In this document: positions 1-8,997 of the stretch, one piece after another | Numbering within the stretch: the stretch's first letter is position 1 | Layout of the letters: every line of letters begins with the position of its first letter | Assembly: GCA_963815115.1 (NCBI GenBank) | Contig: CAWFFN010000008.1 | Span: 512,001-576,000 of the forward strand | DNA length: 64,000 nucleotides | From: an uncultured delta proteobacterium | GTDB taxonomy: Bacteria > Desulfobacterota > Binatia > DP-6 | Direction of reading: 5' to 3' | Program-made: the position numbers and the translations under genes | Notes under the pieces: generated by a model | What the model was told of the DNA's origin: nothing | The model's database searches: none | What the model saw: the letters and a program-made list of their open reading frames with translations, nothing else

Positions 1-892
1 AAGGGAAGTGGAGCTCCGGCATGGTGTCGAAGTTCATGCCCCAGATGCCGACCAGGAGGGTCGGCACGGCGAGGATGCCGGCCCACGAGGCCAGCTGCTT
101 CATGATGTCGTTCTGGCGGATGGAGATGAGCGACAGGTTGGCCTCGAGGGCGCTGGAGAGCAGCTCGCGCTGCGCGTCCACCGTCTCGTTGATGCGCACG
201 ACGTGGTCGTAGACGTCGCGCAGGTACGGCCGCACCTCGTCCGGGATGAGCTGGTGCCCGTCCCACCGGGTCAGGCGGTTGCAGATCTCGACCAGCGGCG
301 AGACGGCGCGCTTCACCATGATCAGCCGCCGCTTGATGTCGTAGATGCGCCGGGTCGTGTCGCGGTGCACCCGGTCCCCGAAGATGTGCTTCTCGAGGGT
401 CTCGATGCGGTCCTCCATGGCGTCGACGACCGGGAAGTAGTTGTCCACCACGAAGTCGAGGATGGCGTACAGCACGAACCCGGGGCCGAGGCCGAGGTGC
501 TGCGGCGTCGCCTGGCAGCGGGTGCGCACCGCCGCGTACGAGGCCGTGTCGCCGTGCCGGATCGACACCACGTAGCGCGGGCCCAGGAAGACGTGCGTCT
601 CGCCGCGCTCGACTCTGCGCTTCTCGTGGTCCCAGCGCGCCGTCCGCAGCACCATGAAGAGGCCGTCGCCATACTCCTCGACCTTCGGACGCTGGTGCGC
701 CTGATGGGCGTCCTCGATTGCCAGGTCGTGCAGGCCGAGCTGGGCCTGCACGGTGCGCAGCTCGTCCTCCGTGGGCTCGAAGAGGCCCATCCAGACGAAG
801 GCGCCGTTCCGCTTCGACCACTCGCCCACCTGATCGAGCGCCACGTCGGCGATGCGGCACCCGCCCTCGTACGCCGCGCAGTCGACGACCAT
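1..892 (-). CDS. corA: Magnesium/cobalt transporter CorA (3' end cut by the window edge)
   Basis: Own translation from ATG at 892: MVVDCAAYEGG...LHDLAIEDA...HQRPKVEEY...QNDIMKQL...GIWGMNF, with the CorA GMN signature. Absent from the ORF track because it has no stop in the window. Confidence 0.93.
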   Translation of the reverse strand, partial: MVVDCAAYEGGCRIADVALDQVGEWSKRNGAFVWMGLFEPTEDELRTVQAQLGLHDLAIEDAHQAHQRPKVEEYGDGLFMVLRTARWDHEKRRVERGETHVFLGPRYVVSIRHGDTASYAAVRTRCQATPQHLGLGPGFVLYAILDFVVDNYFPVVDAMEDRIETLEKHIFGDRVHRDTTRRIYDIKRRLIMVKRAVSPLVEICNRLTRWDGHQLIPDEVRPYLRDVYDHVVRINETVDAQRELLSSALEANLSLISIRQNDIMKQLASWAGILAVPTLLVGIWGMNFDTMPELHFP

Positions 893-922
893 CGACCCTT
901 CCAGCCCCACCGCTTCGCCGCG

Positions 923-1390
923 TCAGCCGGCGCAGCCGTTCAGGCAGCCGTTCAATGCCTCGCCGCAGCGCTGCTTCGCCGGCTGCGCCGTCCCGCTGCA
1001 GCGCTGCTTGCAGGCGGTTGCCCTGGAGGCGGCGTCCTTCCGGCAGCTCTCCATGTCTGCCTGTCCCTTGCACTTGATCGCGGCCGTCCTCTCGTCCGAC
1101 GCGCACGAGACCCGGCAGTCCTTCTGGTTGGTCTGCGGATTCTCCAGGCAGCGGTCGTGGTCGGCGATGCAGCCGCGGACGCAGGTGTTGCCCGGACCGA
1201 AGCAGGTCTGCAGGCTGGTCTCGAAGTTCTTCGTGCAGCGAGCGACCGCGTCCTGCATGCAGGTGCTGCGATCGGTCCGGGCGGCTCGCAGGCACCTCGC
1301 GGCGTCCGCGCCGCCGGCCTCGCCGCGCAGCGCCAGCATCGCGGTGAGCGCGAGCGGCAGCGCGGCGAGGACGGCGCGGCGGAGCGGCAC
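923..1390 (-). CDS. Secreted cysteine-rich protein (16 Cys, helical spacing)
   Basis: GTG at 1390, just after the upstream stop, gives a signal-peptide-like N-terminus (PLRRAVLAALPLALTAMLAL) followed by 16 regularly spaced Cys. Confidence 0.7.
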   Translation of the reverse strand: MPLRRAVLAALPLALTAMLALRGEAGGADAARCLRAARTDRSTCMQDAVARCTKNFETSLQTCFGPGNTCVRGCIADHDRCLENPQTNQKDCRVSCASDERTAAIKCKGQADMESCRKDAASRATACKQRCSGTAQPAKQRCGEALNGCLNGCAG

Positions 1391-1392
1391 GA

Positions 1393-2124
1393 TCAGGACT
1401 TGCTCATCGTCCAGTCGACCTTGGTGTCTTCCTTGGGCTTGATGCTGACCTTCTCGGTCTTCTTGCCGAGCTGGCTCTGCCACACCTCGACCTCGTAGTC
1501 GCCGGCGGGCAGGTCGCCGATCTTGAAGGTGCCGTTCGCGTCCGTCACGGCGTAGTACGGGGTGTCCATCGACATCCAGTACGCGTGCATCCAGGGATGC
1601 GCGTCACACTTGACCGAGATCGGCCACTCGGGCTTCTCCACCTTCCACTCGATCTTCTTCTGGAACTTCGGCTGGGCGCGGTTGGCCTCGGGGTTCTCCT
1701 TCCCCATCACGTGCACGTTGTGGAGGATGCCGTCCGAGTTCAGGATCTCGATCGTGCTGCCGGCCGGGAAGGCGAGGACGTGCGGCGTGTACTCGCACCC
1801 CTTCTGGTCGAACGTGATGGGCTGGGCCGGGACCTCGAGTGCCTTCCCCTTGGCCGCCTTCACGACCACCATGACGTCCCGGATGCCGCCGCCGGAGCCC
1901 ACGACCAGGTCGTCCTTGGTCTTGTTCTGCCCGCACACCTCGTTGTCCTTCGTGACGTCGAACTTCTCCGGCTCCGGCGCCGTGCCCGAGTACTTGACGG
2001 TCCCGGACAGCGTGCCGCCGTCCGTGACGGCGGTGGCCTCGTAGGCCCACAGCTCGGGGGCGAGGGCCCCCGCGCCGATCAGCACGGCGAGCCCGAGACC
2101 GGTGACCAGAATGCTGCTCCTCAT
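1393..2124 (-). CDS. Periplasmic carboxypeptidase-regulatory-like/cupredoxin-like protein
   Basis: GGAGG RBS before ATG 2124; signal peptide; DQKGCEYTPHV, NSDGILHNVH, KCDAHPWM, then a beta-sandwich (GTFKIGDLPAGDYEVEVW). Confidence 0.8.
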   Translation of the reverse strand: MRSSILVTGLGLAVLIGAGALAPELWAYEATAVTDGGTLSGTVKYSGTAPEPEKFDVTKDNEVCGQNKTKDDLVVGSGGGIRDVMVVVKAAKGKALEVPAQPITFDQKGCEYTPHVLAFPAGSTIEILNSDGILHNVHVMGKENPEANRAQPKFQKKIEWKVEKPEWPISVKCDAHPWMHAYWMSMDTPYYAVTDANGTFKIGDLPAGDYEVEVWQSQLGKKTEKVSIKPKEDTKVDWTMSKS

Positions 2125-2170
2125 CGCGGATCCTCCTTCGGTTGAGCGGGTGGTTGGACGTCGATCGATG

Positions 2171-4993
2171 CTACTGCGTGCCATGGGGGCCGGCCGCCAC
2201 GACGTCGGCCGCCCGCGCCGACGGGGCGGCAGCCGTCCCGTCGGCCGGCTTGGCGGCGGGCGGAGTGGCTGCCTCCGGCACGCCGAGCGAGATCACGAAG
2301 TCGCGCAGGGCCAGGATCTGCTCGTCGTCGTTCCCGCCCAGGATGTCGGGCGGCCCATCGGGATTGTCGGGATCGGCGTAGAATGTCGGCATCCTCGTGC
2401 CGGGCAGCAGCTTCTGCGGATCATGGATCCACTTGACGATCCAGTCGGGATAGAGCCGGCTCGCCGCCATGGCGAGGTTCGGCGCCCAGCTGTCGGGCGA
2501 TCCCTCGGGGTTCTGCGACCCGTGCACGTGGCACGAGAAGCACGAGAGGTAGTCCTTCGACGCGAGCTGCTTGCCGGCCTCGACGTACTCGGGCCGGAGC
2601 ATCGCCTTGTCGATGTGGACGAAGGGCACCGAGACGTGATCCATCGCCGCGAAGTAGCGCACCAGCGTCGTCGCGCTCTCGCCGTCGAGCGGGAACGTGG
2701 GCATGCGCACCTCGAGCCAGGGGCGAATCGGGGTCGGGCCCTTCAGGAAGTTGAACAGCCACGTCTCCTGGACCTTCTGTCCCTCCCCGATGAGGTTCGG
2801 GGGCGCCAGGGTGAGCCGGTCCTCGTACAGGCGGCGGATGTCTCCGCCCCGACCGTCGATGATGTGGCACCCCGTGCAGTTGAAGCGGGCGACCCTGCGC
2901 TCCCCTTCGACGATGCGCTTCAGGTCCTCGCCGCTCTGCACGTACTGCTGCGGCACCTTGCGCTCCGTCCGGCTGGTGAGGAAGACGCGGAGCGCGATGA
3001 CGTCCTCGTCGGCCAGATCGAACTGCGGCATGACCTGCTCGATCCACTTCGTCGCGTAGCCGCGCGGCTCCTTGATCTTGTGGAACGTGAAGACGTCCCA
3101 GCTCTCGTCCAGGTCGGTCCGGTCGCCGAAGAAGAGCTCCTCCCTCGACTTCGAGCCGTAGGTCGACAGCTCCGCGCCGATGCGTGACTCGCTCTCCATG
3201 CCGGGGATGTCGTGGCAGCCCGGGCAGCCGTACTTGCGCACCAGCTTCTCGCCGTCCGCGATGTTCACCGGATCGGCGAGCCGCGTCTCCAGGCCGTCGG
3301 GAGCCGGCGCGCGCTGGCCGAGGGTCATCAAGTAGGCGGTGATGGCGCGGGCCTCGTCGTCGGACAGGCGCAGGCTCGGCATGCGCGCCACCTCGGAGAA
3401 GCCGTGCGGGTTCTTGATCCAGTGGTAGATCCAGCGACCGTCGGTCTTGGCGGCGATCTCCGACAGGTTCGGCGCGATGTCCTTGTTGGCGCCGAGCTGC
3501 CCCGCGATCTCGTCGGGCGCGAGCGCATGGCAGGCACGGCAGCCAAGGTTGTCCATCAGCTGGCGTCCGTGGGTGACGAGGTCGGCGCTGCTGACGATGC
3601 CCGGGTCGGGATTGCTCTCGAGCCACTGCGCGCTCGGGCCCTTCGTCGTGGAGAGCAGGTAGGCGGTGACCTTCTCCGCTTGCTCCGGGGAGAACATGAA
3701 GTTCGGCATGCGCGTCCGCGGTCGGACCTCGTGCGGGTTGGTGATCCAGCGAACCATCCAGCCATGGTCGTCCTTGGCGCCGATGCGGCGCAGCGACGGC
3801 CCGATGGCGGTCACGCCGTTCTCCTTGAAGAGGTCCTCGTAGCCGTCGGAGAGATGGCATCCGTGACAGCCGAGGTCGACGAAGAGCTTCTCGCCCCGCG
3901 CCAGGACCGGCGCACCCTCGAGGGTCTGGACGCTCGGGTGACACTTGATGCAGTTCGCCTGCATCTTCGGTCCGCGGAAGAGCGCCCACTCCTCGCGCAG
4001 GTGTACCTCGTGGAGCTTGCCGTCGGCGTCGTAGTAGTCGCAGTGAGCGGCCTTCTCGCTGTTCACCGCCGTGCCGTCTCCGTTGTGACACGCCGTGCAG
4101 CCGAACTTGTCCGGATCGTGCTTGCCGAGGAAGAGCTCCCGCTTGGGGTGGGTCTTCCAGGGATTGGGCTGGTCCTCGAAGCCCGGCTTGTTGATGCCGC
4201 TGTGGCAGCTCGGACACCGGTCGACGCGCGCGACGGGCTGGTTGTAGGCGTTGCGATCGAACCCCTCCAGCACCACCTGCTGGATCTTGGGAATCTTGGG
4301 CTGCCACTGGGTCTTCACGAACGGCGGCGACAGGCTGGGACCCGGGAAGCGCCCCAGCGAGATGTTCTCGAGCTTCTGCTCCAGCTCGTCGCGCTTGGTG
4401 CGGAGCTTGGCCAGCGTGTCGTCGGCGGTCTTGATCGCGCTCTCCTTGGCCTTGAGCTGGTTGCGCAGGTCCTCGATGTGTCCCTGCGAGTCGGCGTAGA
4501 TCTTCTGGCGGTCGACCTGCAGCGCGCTCTTCTGCTGGATCCGTTCCAGGATCGCGTCGGTCGGCCGCCCGTGGTGCTTGGCGTCGTCGAAGAGAAAGCG
4601 CAGCTCCTCGAGCTCGCTCTTGATGAAGCGCAGGTTCAGGTCCTTGCTCTGGTCGGCGCGGACGGCGTCGTCGAGCTCGCGCTGGAGCGCGGCGATCTGC
4701 TTGGCCGTCTCGCCGGTCGACACCTCGCTGCGCGCGGCGGCGAGCTGCTTCTCCGCCTCCTGGTAGGCCGGGTCGGCGGCCAGGCGCTGGTCCTCGGCCC
4801 CGACGGCGTCCTCGACCCGGCTGATCTCGAGCCGGCTGAAACCCGCTTGCCACTTCTTCCACGGCCGCCGGAAGATGTTGTCGTCCGCGACCGCCCACAG
4901 GGCGCCCACGAAGAGGAGCAGCGAGAGCACGAGCCAGAGCGCGCCGTAGGAGCGCTTCTCGTCATCCTGGGGGGTGGTGTCGCGGCGCGGCAT
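2171..4993 (-). CDS. Membrane-anchored octaheme cytochrome c subunit of the Rieske/cytochrome b complex
   Basis: N-terminal TM helix, a long coiled-coil, then 8 CxxCH motifs (CPSCH, CTACH, CIKCH, CHGCH, CRACH, CPGCH, CTGCH, CFSCH); the later domains have MP axial motifs. Confidence 0.9.
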   Translation of the reverse strand: MPRRDTTPQDDEKRSYGALWLVLSLLLFVGALWAVADDNIFRRPWKKWQAGFSRLEISRVEDAVGAEDQRLAADPAYQEAEKQLAAARSEVSTGETAKQIAALQRELDDAVRADQSKDLNLRFIKSELEELRFLFDDAKHHGRPTDAILERIQQKSALQVDRQKIYADSQGHIEDLRNQLKAKESAIKTADDTLAKLRTKRDELEQKLENISLGRFPGPSLSPPFVKTQWQPKIPKIQQVVLEGFDRNAYNQPVARVDRCPSCHSGINKPGFEDQPNPWKTHPKRELFLGKHDPDKFGCTACHNGDGTAVNSEKAAHCDYYDADGKLHEVHLREEWALFRGPKMQANCIKCHPSVQTLEGAPVLARGEKLFVDLGCHGCHLSDGYEDLFKENGVTAIGPSLRRIGAKDDHGWMVRWITNPHEVRPRTRMPNFMFSPEQAEKVTAYLLSTTKGPSAQWLESNPDPGIVSSADLVTHGRQLMDNLGCRACHALAPDEIAGQLGANKDIAPNLSEIAAKTDGRWIYHWIKNPHGFSEVARMPSLRLSDDEARAITAYLMTLGQRAPAPDGLETRLADPVNIADGEKLVRKYGCPGCHDIPGMESESRIGAELSTYGSKSREELFFGDRTDLDESWDVFTFHKIKEPRGYATKWIEQVMPQFDLADEDVIALRVFLTSRTERKVPQQYVQSGEDLKRIVEGERRVARFNCTGCHIIDGRGGDIRRLYEDRLTLAPPNLIGEGQKVQETWLFNFLKGPTPIRPWLEVRMPTFPLDGESATTLVRYFAAMDHVSVPFVHIDKAMLRPEYVEAGKQLASKDYLSCFSCHVHGSQNPEGSPDSWAPNLAMAASRLYPDWIVKWIHDPQKLLPGTRMPTFYADPDNPDGPPDILGGNDDEQILALRDFVISLGVPEAATPPAAKPADGTAAAPSARAADVVAAGPHGTQ

Positions 4994-5003
4994 GTCGATC
5001 AGC

Positions 5004-5165
5004 TCAGACCTTCCGTTCGAGCAGGCGGCCGGCGGCGAACACCGCCATCCCGGCGAGCGTCATGTAGAGCTCGTTCCACATGTCGTCCCGCGCGATCCCG
5101 CTGTAGAGGGCATAGCCCACGTACGTGAAGCCGGCAGCCTGGAGTATCTTCGAGAAGAGCCACAT
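5004..5165 (-). CDS. Small membrane protein (53 aa)
   Basis: Own translation: MWLFSKILQAAGFTYVGYALYSGIARDDMWNELYMTLAGMAVFAAGRLLERKV*. It fills the operon gap and has GC-rich third positions. Below the ORF-track cutoff. Confidence 0.7.
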   Translation of the reverse strand: MWLFSKILQAAGFTYVGYALYSGIARDDMWNELYMTLAGMAVFAAGRLLERKV

Positions 5166-5205
5166 CTCGCATCGCCGTGGTCAGCCTCGCGCGCGAGCCC
5201 CCTCC

Positions 5206-6045
5206 TCAGATGTTGATGCTGAAGTACTGCGTCTTCAGCACCATGATGTACTTGATGTTGAAGAGGTGCCGGAAGGTCATCTTCGTGATCACGGCGACCA
5301 TGTTGGCGAGCAGGAACCAGGTGAGCGTGAAGCGGGCCCAGCCCCACCGGGCCATGAAGTCGTCGAACTCCGCTCCCTTCACACGCCGGCACAACCAGTA
5401 GAAACCGACGAAGGTCAGCACGAAGAAGAGGATCACGAGCCCGAGGCCGACCAGGAAGGCGGTCGTCTCGCTGCGCACGCCGAGCAGGAACGGCAGGTCG
5501 ACGTTGGTGAGCGACTCGACCTTGTGCGGGTCCCACTTCTCCCAGAACCAGAACCAGTTCCAGCCCGGGCCGCGCAGGAAGGTCCCGATCACGATCAGCG
5601 ACACCCAGAGGATGTGGAATCCCAGGATGAACGTCAGCAGCTCCCACTTGCGGTCCTGCCAGCAGTAGTAGCCGTTGCCCTTCGGGTTGATGTCGATGAA
5701 CGGGATCACCATGAGCCCGATGATGATGAACGTCGGGAGCACGACGCCTGCGTGCCACGGGTCGAAGAAGACGAGCATCTCCTGCAAGCCGAGGAAGTAC
5801 CACGGCGCCTTCGACGGGTTCGGCGTGCGCGTCGGGTTGGCCGGCTCCTCGAGCGGGGCGTCGACCAGGAGCGCCCAGACGAGCAGCAGGAGCACGATGA
5901 CGAGCGAGCACAGGAACTCGCTGCGCACGAGGAACGGCCAGGTGTGCACCTTGTCGTCGCCGGGCCCCGTCGCCTTCTTGATCGGGACCTCGATCCGCTT
6001 ACCCGCCAGCGCGCTGAGCGGGGCCTTCGCCTCGGGCGTCGCCAT
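5206..6045 (-). CDS. petD: Cytochrome b6f subunit IV-like (C-terminal half of a split cytochrome b) with extra TM helices
   Basis: HTWPFLV...APLEEPANPTRTPNPSKAPWYFLGLQEML...VIPFIDINP; follows the cytochrome b6 gene. Confidence 0.85.
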   Translation of the reverse strand: MATPEAKAPLSALAGKRIEVPIKKATGPGDDKVHTWPFLVRSEFLCSLVIVLLLLVWALLVDAPLEEPANPTRTPNPSKAPWYFLGLQEMLVFFDPWHAGVVLPTFIIIGLMVIPFIDINPKGNGYYCWQDRKWELLTFILGFHILWVSLIVIGTFLRGPGWNWFWFWEKWDPHKVESLTNVDLPFLLGVRSETTAFLVGLGLVILFFVLTFVGFYWLCRRVKGAEFDDFMARWGWARFTLTWFLLANMVAVITKMTFRHLFNIKYIMVLKTQYFSINI

Positions 6046-6047
6046 CG

Positions 6048-6215
6048 TCAGCTCTCCTCCTCCTCGCGCTCGGCCGAGCGTCGCGCGGACCAGAAGATCA
6101 GGACCAGCACGAGCACGAAGAAGAACGGCAAGGTCATCACGCGGCCCCCGGGCACGAGAAACGACAGCACCATCAGGACCAGCGCGGCGATCGTGTACTT
6201 CAGCTCGGAAGGCAT
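6048..6215 (-). CDS. Small membrane protein (55 aa)
   Basis: Own translation: MPSELKYTIAALVLMVLSFLVPGGRVMTLPFFFVLVLVLIFWSARRSAEREEEES*. Its 3' end contains the GAGGAG RBS of the next gene. Confidence 0.7.
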   Translation of the reverse strand: MPSELKYTIAALVLMVLSFLVPGGRVMTLPFFFVLVLVLIFWSARRSAEREEEES

Positions 6216-6225
6216 CGGCCCGGTC

Positions 6226-6999
6226 CTAGAGCGCGGGGCCGGAGAAGCCGTCGCGCCGGATGCGCCAGAAGTGGACGGCCAGAAAGAGACTGGTGACGAG
6301 GGGGATGAAGATGCAGTGCAGGATGTAGAAGCGCAGCAGCGTGTGCGGCCCGATCTCGCCGCCGCCGAAGAGGAAGGCGCGGGCGTCGTAGACGTTGTTC
6401 AGGCCCGGGATGAGCTCGTGTCCGGGCCCCTCGTGGCCGAGGATGGGCGTCGCCCGGCCCATGTTGGAGCCCACGGTCACGGCCCAGATCGAGAGCTGGT
6501 CCCAGGGGAGGAGGTAGCCGGTGAAGGAGAGGAGCAGCGTGAGCACCAGGAGGAGCACGCCGACCACCCAGTTGAACTCGCGCGGAGGCTTGTACGATCC
6601 CGTCAAGAAGACGCGGAACATGTGCAGCCAGACCGCGATCACCATGCCGTGCGCCGCCCAGCGGTGCATGTTCCGCATGAGCATGCCGAAGGGCATGTCG
6701 TACTCGAGGTACTTCATGTCGGCATACGCGTACTCGGCCGTCGGCCGGTAGTAGAACATGAGATAGACGCCGGTGACGACCGTGACCAGGAACATGAGGA
6801 ACGTGATGCCTCCCATGCACCAGGTGAAGCGGAGCCGCGTGGCGTGCCGCCGGACCTTGGAGGGATGGAGATGGAGGAACACGTTGCCCGACACCATGAG
6901 CACGCGGTTGCGCGGAGTGTCGTCGTAGCCGTGGCGGAAGATCGATTTCCAGACCGGCGACTCGGTGATCTGCAGCTTCAGCTCTTCCCACTTGGACAT
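6226..6999 (-). CDS. petB: Cytochrome b6-type N-terminal cytochrome b
   Basis: WCMGGITF (heme ci Cys), RNMHRWAAH, WLHMFRVF, TGYLLPWDQ, RFYILH...AVH heme-ligand His pattern. Confidence 0.93.
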   Translation of the reverse strand: MSKWEELKLQITESPVWKSIFRHGYDDTPRNRVLMVSGNVFLHLHPSKVRRHATRLRFTWCMGGITFLMFLVTVVTGVYLMFYYRPTAEYAYADMKYLEYDMPFGMLMRNMHRWAAHGMVIAVWLHMFRVFLTGSYKPPREFNWVVGVLLLVLTLLLSFTGYLLPWDQLSIWAVTVGSNMGRATPILGHEGPGHELIPGLNNVYDARAFLFGGGEIGPHTLLRFYILHCIFIPLVTSLFLAVHFWRIRRDGFSGPAL

Positions 7000-7003
7000 C
7001 GCA

Positions 7004-7594
7004 TCACACCTTCAGGAACGCGCCGGGCTTGGACCACTCGCCCTTCTCGTAGAGGTACTTGACGCCCTTGTCGACGATGAGCTGGCCGTCCTCGGCCCTG
7101 GCGACCTTGACCCGCTCGAGCGGCCGCGGCGCCGGCCCCTCGAAGTTGATGCCGCTCTTGTAGAAGCCGCTGCCGTGACAGGGGCACTTGAACTTGTTCT
7201 CCGCCACCAGCCAGCGCGGCGTGCAGCCGAGATGGGTGCACTTGGCAAAGATCGCGTAGATGCCCTCGGCCTCGCGCACGATCCACACCCGCTGGTCCTT
7301 CTGGAACTTCGTGCTCACCTCCCCGACCGTGAAGTCGGTGGGGAGGCCGGCCTTGAAGGAGGTCGGAGGCTGAAAGAGGACGCGAGGAAATGCGGAGCGA
7401 ACGGCGGCGAGAAGCGAGATGCCCGAGAACGCGCCGAAGATCGCCCAGCCGAAGCGTCCGAAGACGTCGCGGCGCGACCACAGGCCGGCGAGGTTCGCCT
7501 TGGCCCGCGCGGCCTTCTCGCGCTCGAGCGTCTGCTCGATGCGGCGCTGGTCCGCTGTCGCCGCCTTCTGCTCGGCGGATGCTGGCTTAGCCAT
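7004..7594 (-). CDS. petC: Rieske 2Fe-2S subunit
   Basis: Tat-like SRRDVF plus TM helix; CTHLGC and CPCHGSGF boxes; GPAPRPL. Confidence 0.95.
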   Translation of the reverse strand: MAKPASAEQKAATADQRRIEQTLEREKAARAKANLAGLWSRRDVFGRFGWAIFGAFSGISLLAAVRSAFPRVLFQPPTSFKAGLPTDFTVGEVSTKFQKDQRVWIVREAEGIYAIFAKCTHLGCTPRWLVAENKFKCPCHGSGFYKSGINFEGPAPRPLERVKVARAEDGQLIVDKGVKYLYEKGEWSKPGAFLKV

Positions 7595-7650
7595 CGGAAC
7601 CGGTTCCTTTCAGCCTCGAATCATGCCTCGGGGTGGCGCTTGGGTGTTCG

Positions 7651-8022
7651 TCACGAGCGCCGGAGCAGCGTGGCGAGCACGCCCCACACCCCGAGCACCA
7701 GCGCGATGGCGAGGAGCACCAGCCCCACGGGGGGAAAGAGTAGCAGCGCCGGGAGCGCCAGCACTCCGAGCAGGAGACCGAGGCCGAGTGGGTTCGTGGC
7801 GGCTGCGTTGGCGTTCGGGTTCGTCGGGGGCGCGGCGGACGTTTCGGTGGCCTCGGTGCCGTCCCGCAAGAGCTCCATGGCGTACTCGCGGAGATCCTGG
7901 CGCTGCTGCGGGCTCGCCGTGTTGACCACCTGGACGATGCGCTGTGCGAGATCTTCAACCTTGTCGTCGAGCTCCCGTTCGGGGTTCGCAGGAGGCTGCG
8001 GCATGCGCCTATCGTCCGTCAA
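7651..8022 (-). CDS. Hypothetical membrane protein
   Basis: Helical N-terminus and two C-terminal TM segments; first gene of the operon. Start is TTG 8022 or ATG 8004. Confidence 0.65.
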   Translation of the reverse strand: MTDDRRMPQPPANPERELDDKVEDLAQRIVQVVNTASPQQRQDLREYAMELLRDGTEATETSAAPPTNPNANAAATNPLGLGLLLGVLALPALLLFPPVGLVLLAIALVLGVWGVLATLLRRS

Positions 8023-8031
8023 ATGCGCGGG

Positions 8032-8061
8032 TTTTTAAGATGCGCGCCACCGGCTTGTCAA
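8032..8061 (-). promoter_or_regulatory. Putative sigma70 promoter of the Rieske/cytochrome b operon
   Basis: Minus strand TTGACA-N17-TTAAAA; an AT-rich patch in very GC-rich DNA. Confidence 0.5.
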
Positions 8062-8828
8062 CGAGCGGCGCCGCGCGCCGGCGACACGCGCAGGCGCACC
8101 ACGACCGGCTGGCCCTGGCGGCGCACGCTCACCTGCATCGCCTGTCCCGCCGTGCGTCGCTCCAGCAGTGCCATCAGATCGCCGGCGGACGACACCCGTT
8201 CGCCGTCGACGCCGGTGACGACGTCCTCCCGATGCAGCTTGCGGGCGGGCGAGGCGCGATCGACGTCGGTGACGACCGCGCCGTGCTCGTCGGGGACCGC
8301 GAGCACCTCGGCCAGCTCGGGCGTCAGGTCCTGCGCCGTGATGCCGAACGCCCGCACCGGAGCACCCGGCGCCGCATCGACCCGGGAGAAGACGGCCGGC
8401 TCGACCAGGATCGGACGACGGAAGCGCAGGGCGAGCGCGATGGCGTCACTCGGTCGGGCATCGAGCGTCACGCGCTCGCCGCCGGAGCGTTCGAGGTCGA
8501 GGCGCGCGCGGTAGGTCTGCTCGACGACCTCGGTGACCACGACGCGATCGAGCCGGGCGCCGAGCGCCTCCACGAGCCGCTTCATCAGATCGTGGGTGAG
8601 CGGCCGCGGTGCGACGACGCCGTCGAGCTCGAGCAGGATCGCCTCGGCTTCGAGCGGTCCGATCCAGATCGGCAGGCTCCGTCCGCTACCCGCCTTCTCG
8701 TTCAGCAGCACCACCGGACTGCCCGATGCGGGATCCACCCGCACCCCCTTCACCTCGACCTCCACCGGCGCCGCGGCCTGCGCCAGCCCGACCAGGGCGA
8801 GGAACAGAGCCGGAACGCGGAGCCGCAT
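8058..8828 (-). CDS. Bifunctional nuclease family (DUF151) protein with signal peptide and C-terminal PDZ domain
   Basis: MRLRVPALFLALVGLAQA; LPIWIG..EA, PRPLTHDL, DARPSDAIALA (DUF151); FGITAQDLTPELA...SPA...DVVTGVDG (DegP-like PDZ). Confidence 0.85.
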   Translation of the reverse strand: MRLRVPALFLALVGLAQAAAPVEVEVKGVRVDPASGSPVVLLNEKAGSGRSLPIWIGPLEAEAILLELDGVVAPRPLTHDLMKRLVEALGARLDRVVVTEVVEQTYRARLDLERSGGERVTLDARPSDAIALALRFRRPILVEPAVFSRVDAAPGAPVRAFGITAQDLTPELAEVLAVPDEHGAVVTDVDRASPARKLHREDVVTGVDGERVSSAGDLMALLERRTAGQAMQVSVRRQGQPVVVRLRVSPARGAAR

Positions 8829-8835
8829 GAACGAA

Positions 8836-8863
8836 ATTGTACGCCGCGCTCGCGGGCCGGCAA
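8836..8863 (-). promoter_or_regulatory. Putative sigma70 promoter giving a leaderless transcript
   Basis: TTGCCG-N16-TACAAT-N7-ATG(8828), with no SD sequence. Confidence 0.5.
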
Positions 8864-8997
8864 CTCCCCGTCCGGCGCGGCGCCATCCTCCGGGCACCCA
8901 CGTCCCTGCGCCGCCGGCCGGCCCGGCCGGGCATCTCGCATGTATATTGACGCAGCACGGTCGTGCGCGGACCATGCTCCCCACCCGCGAGCGCATC

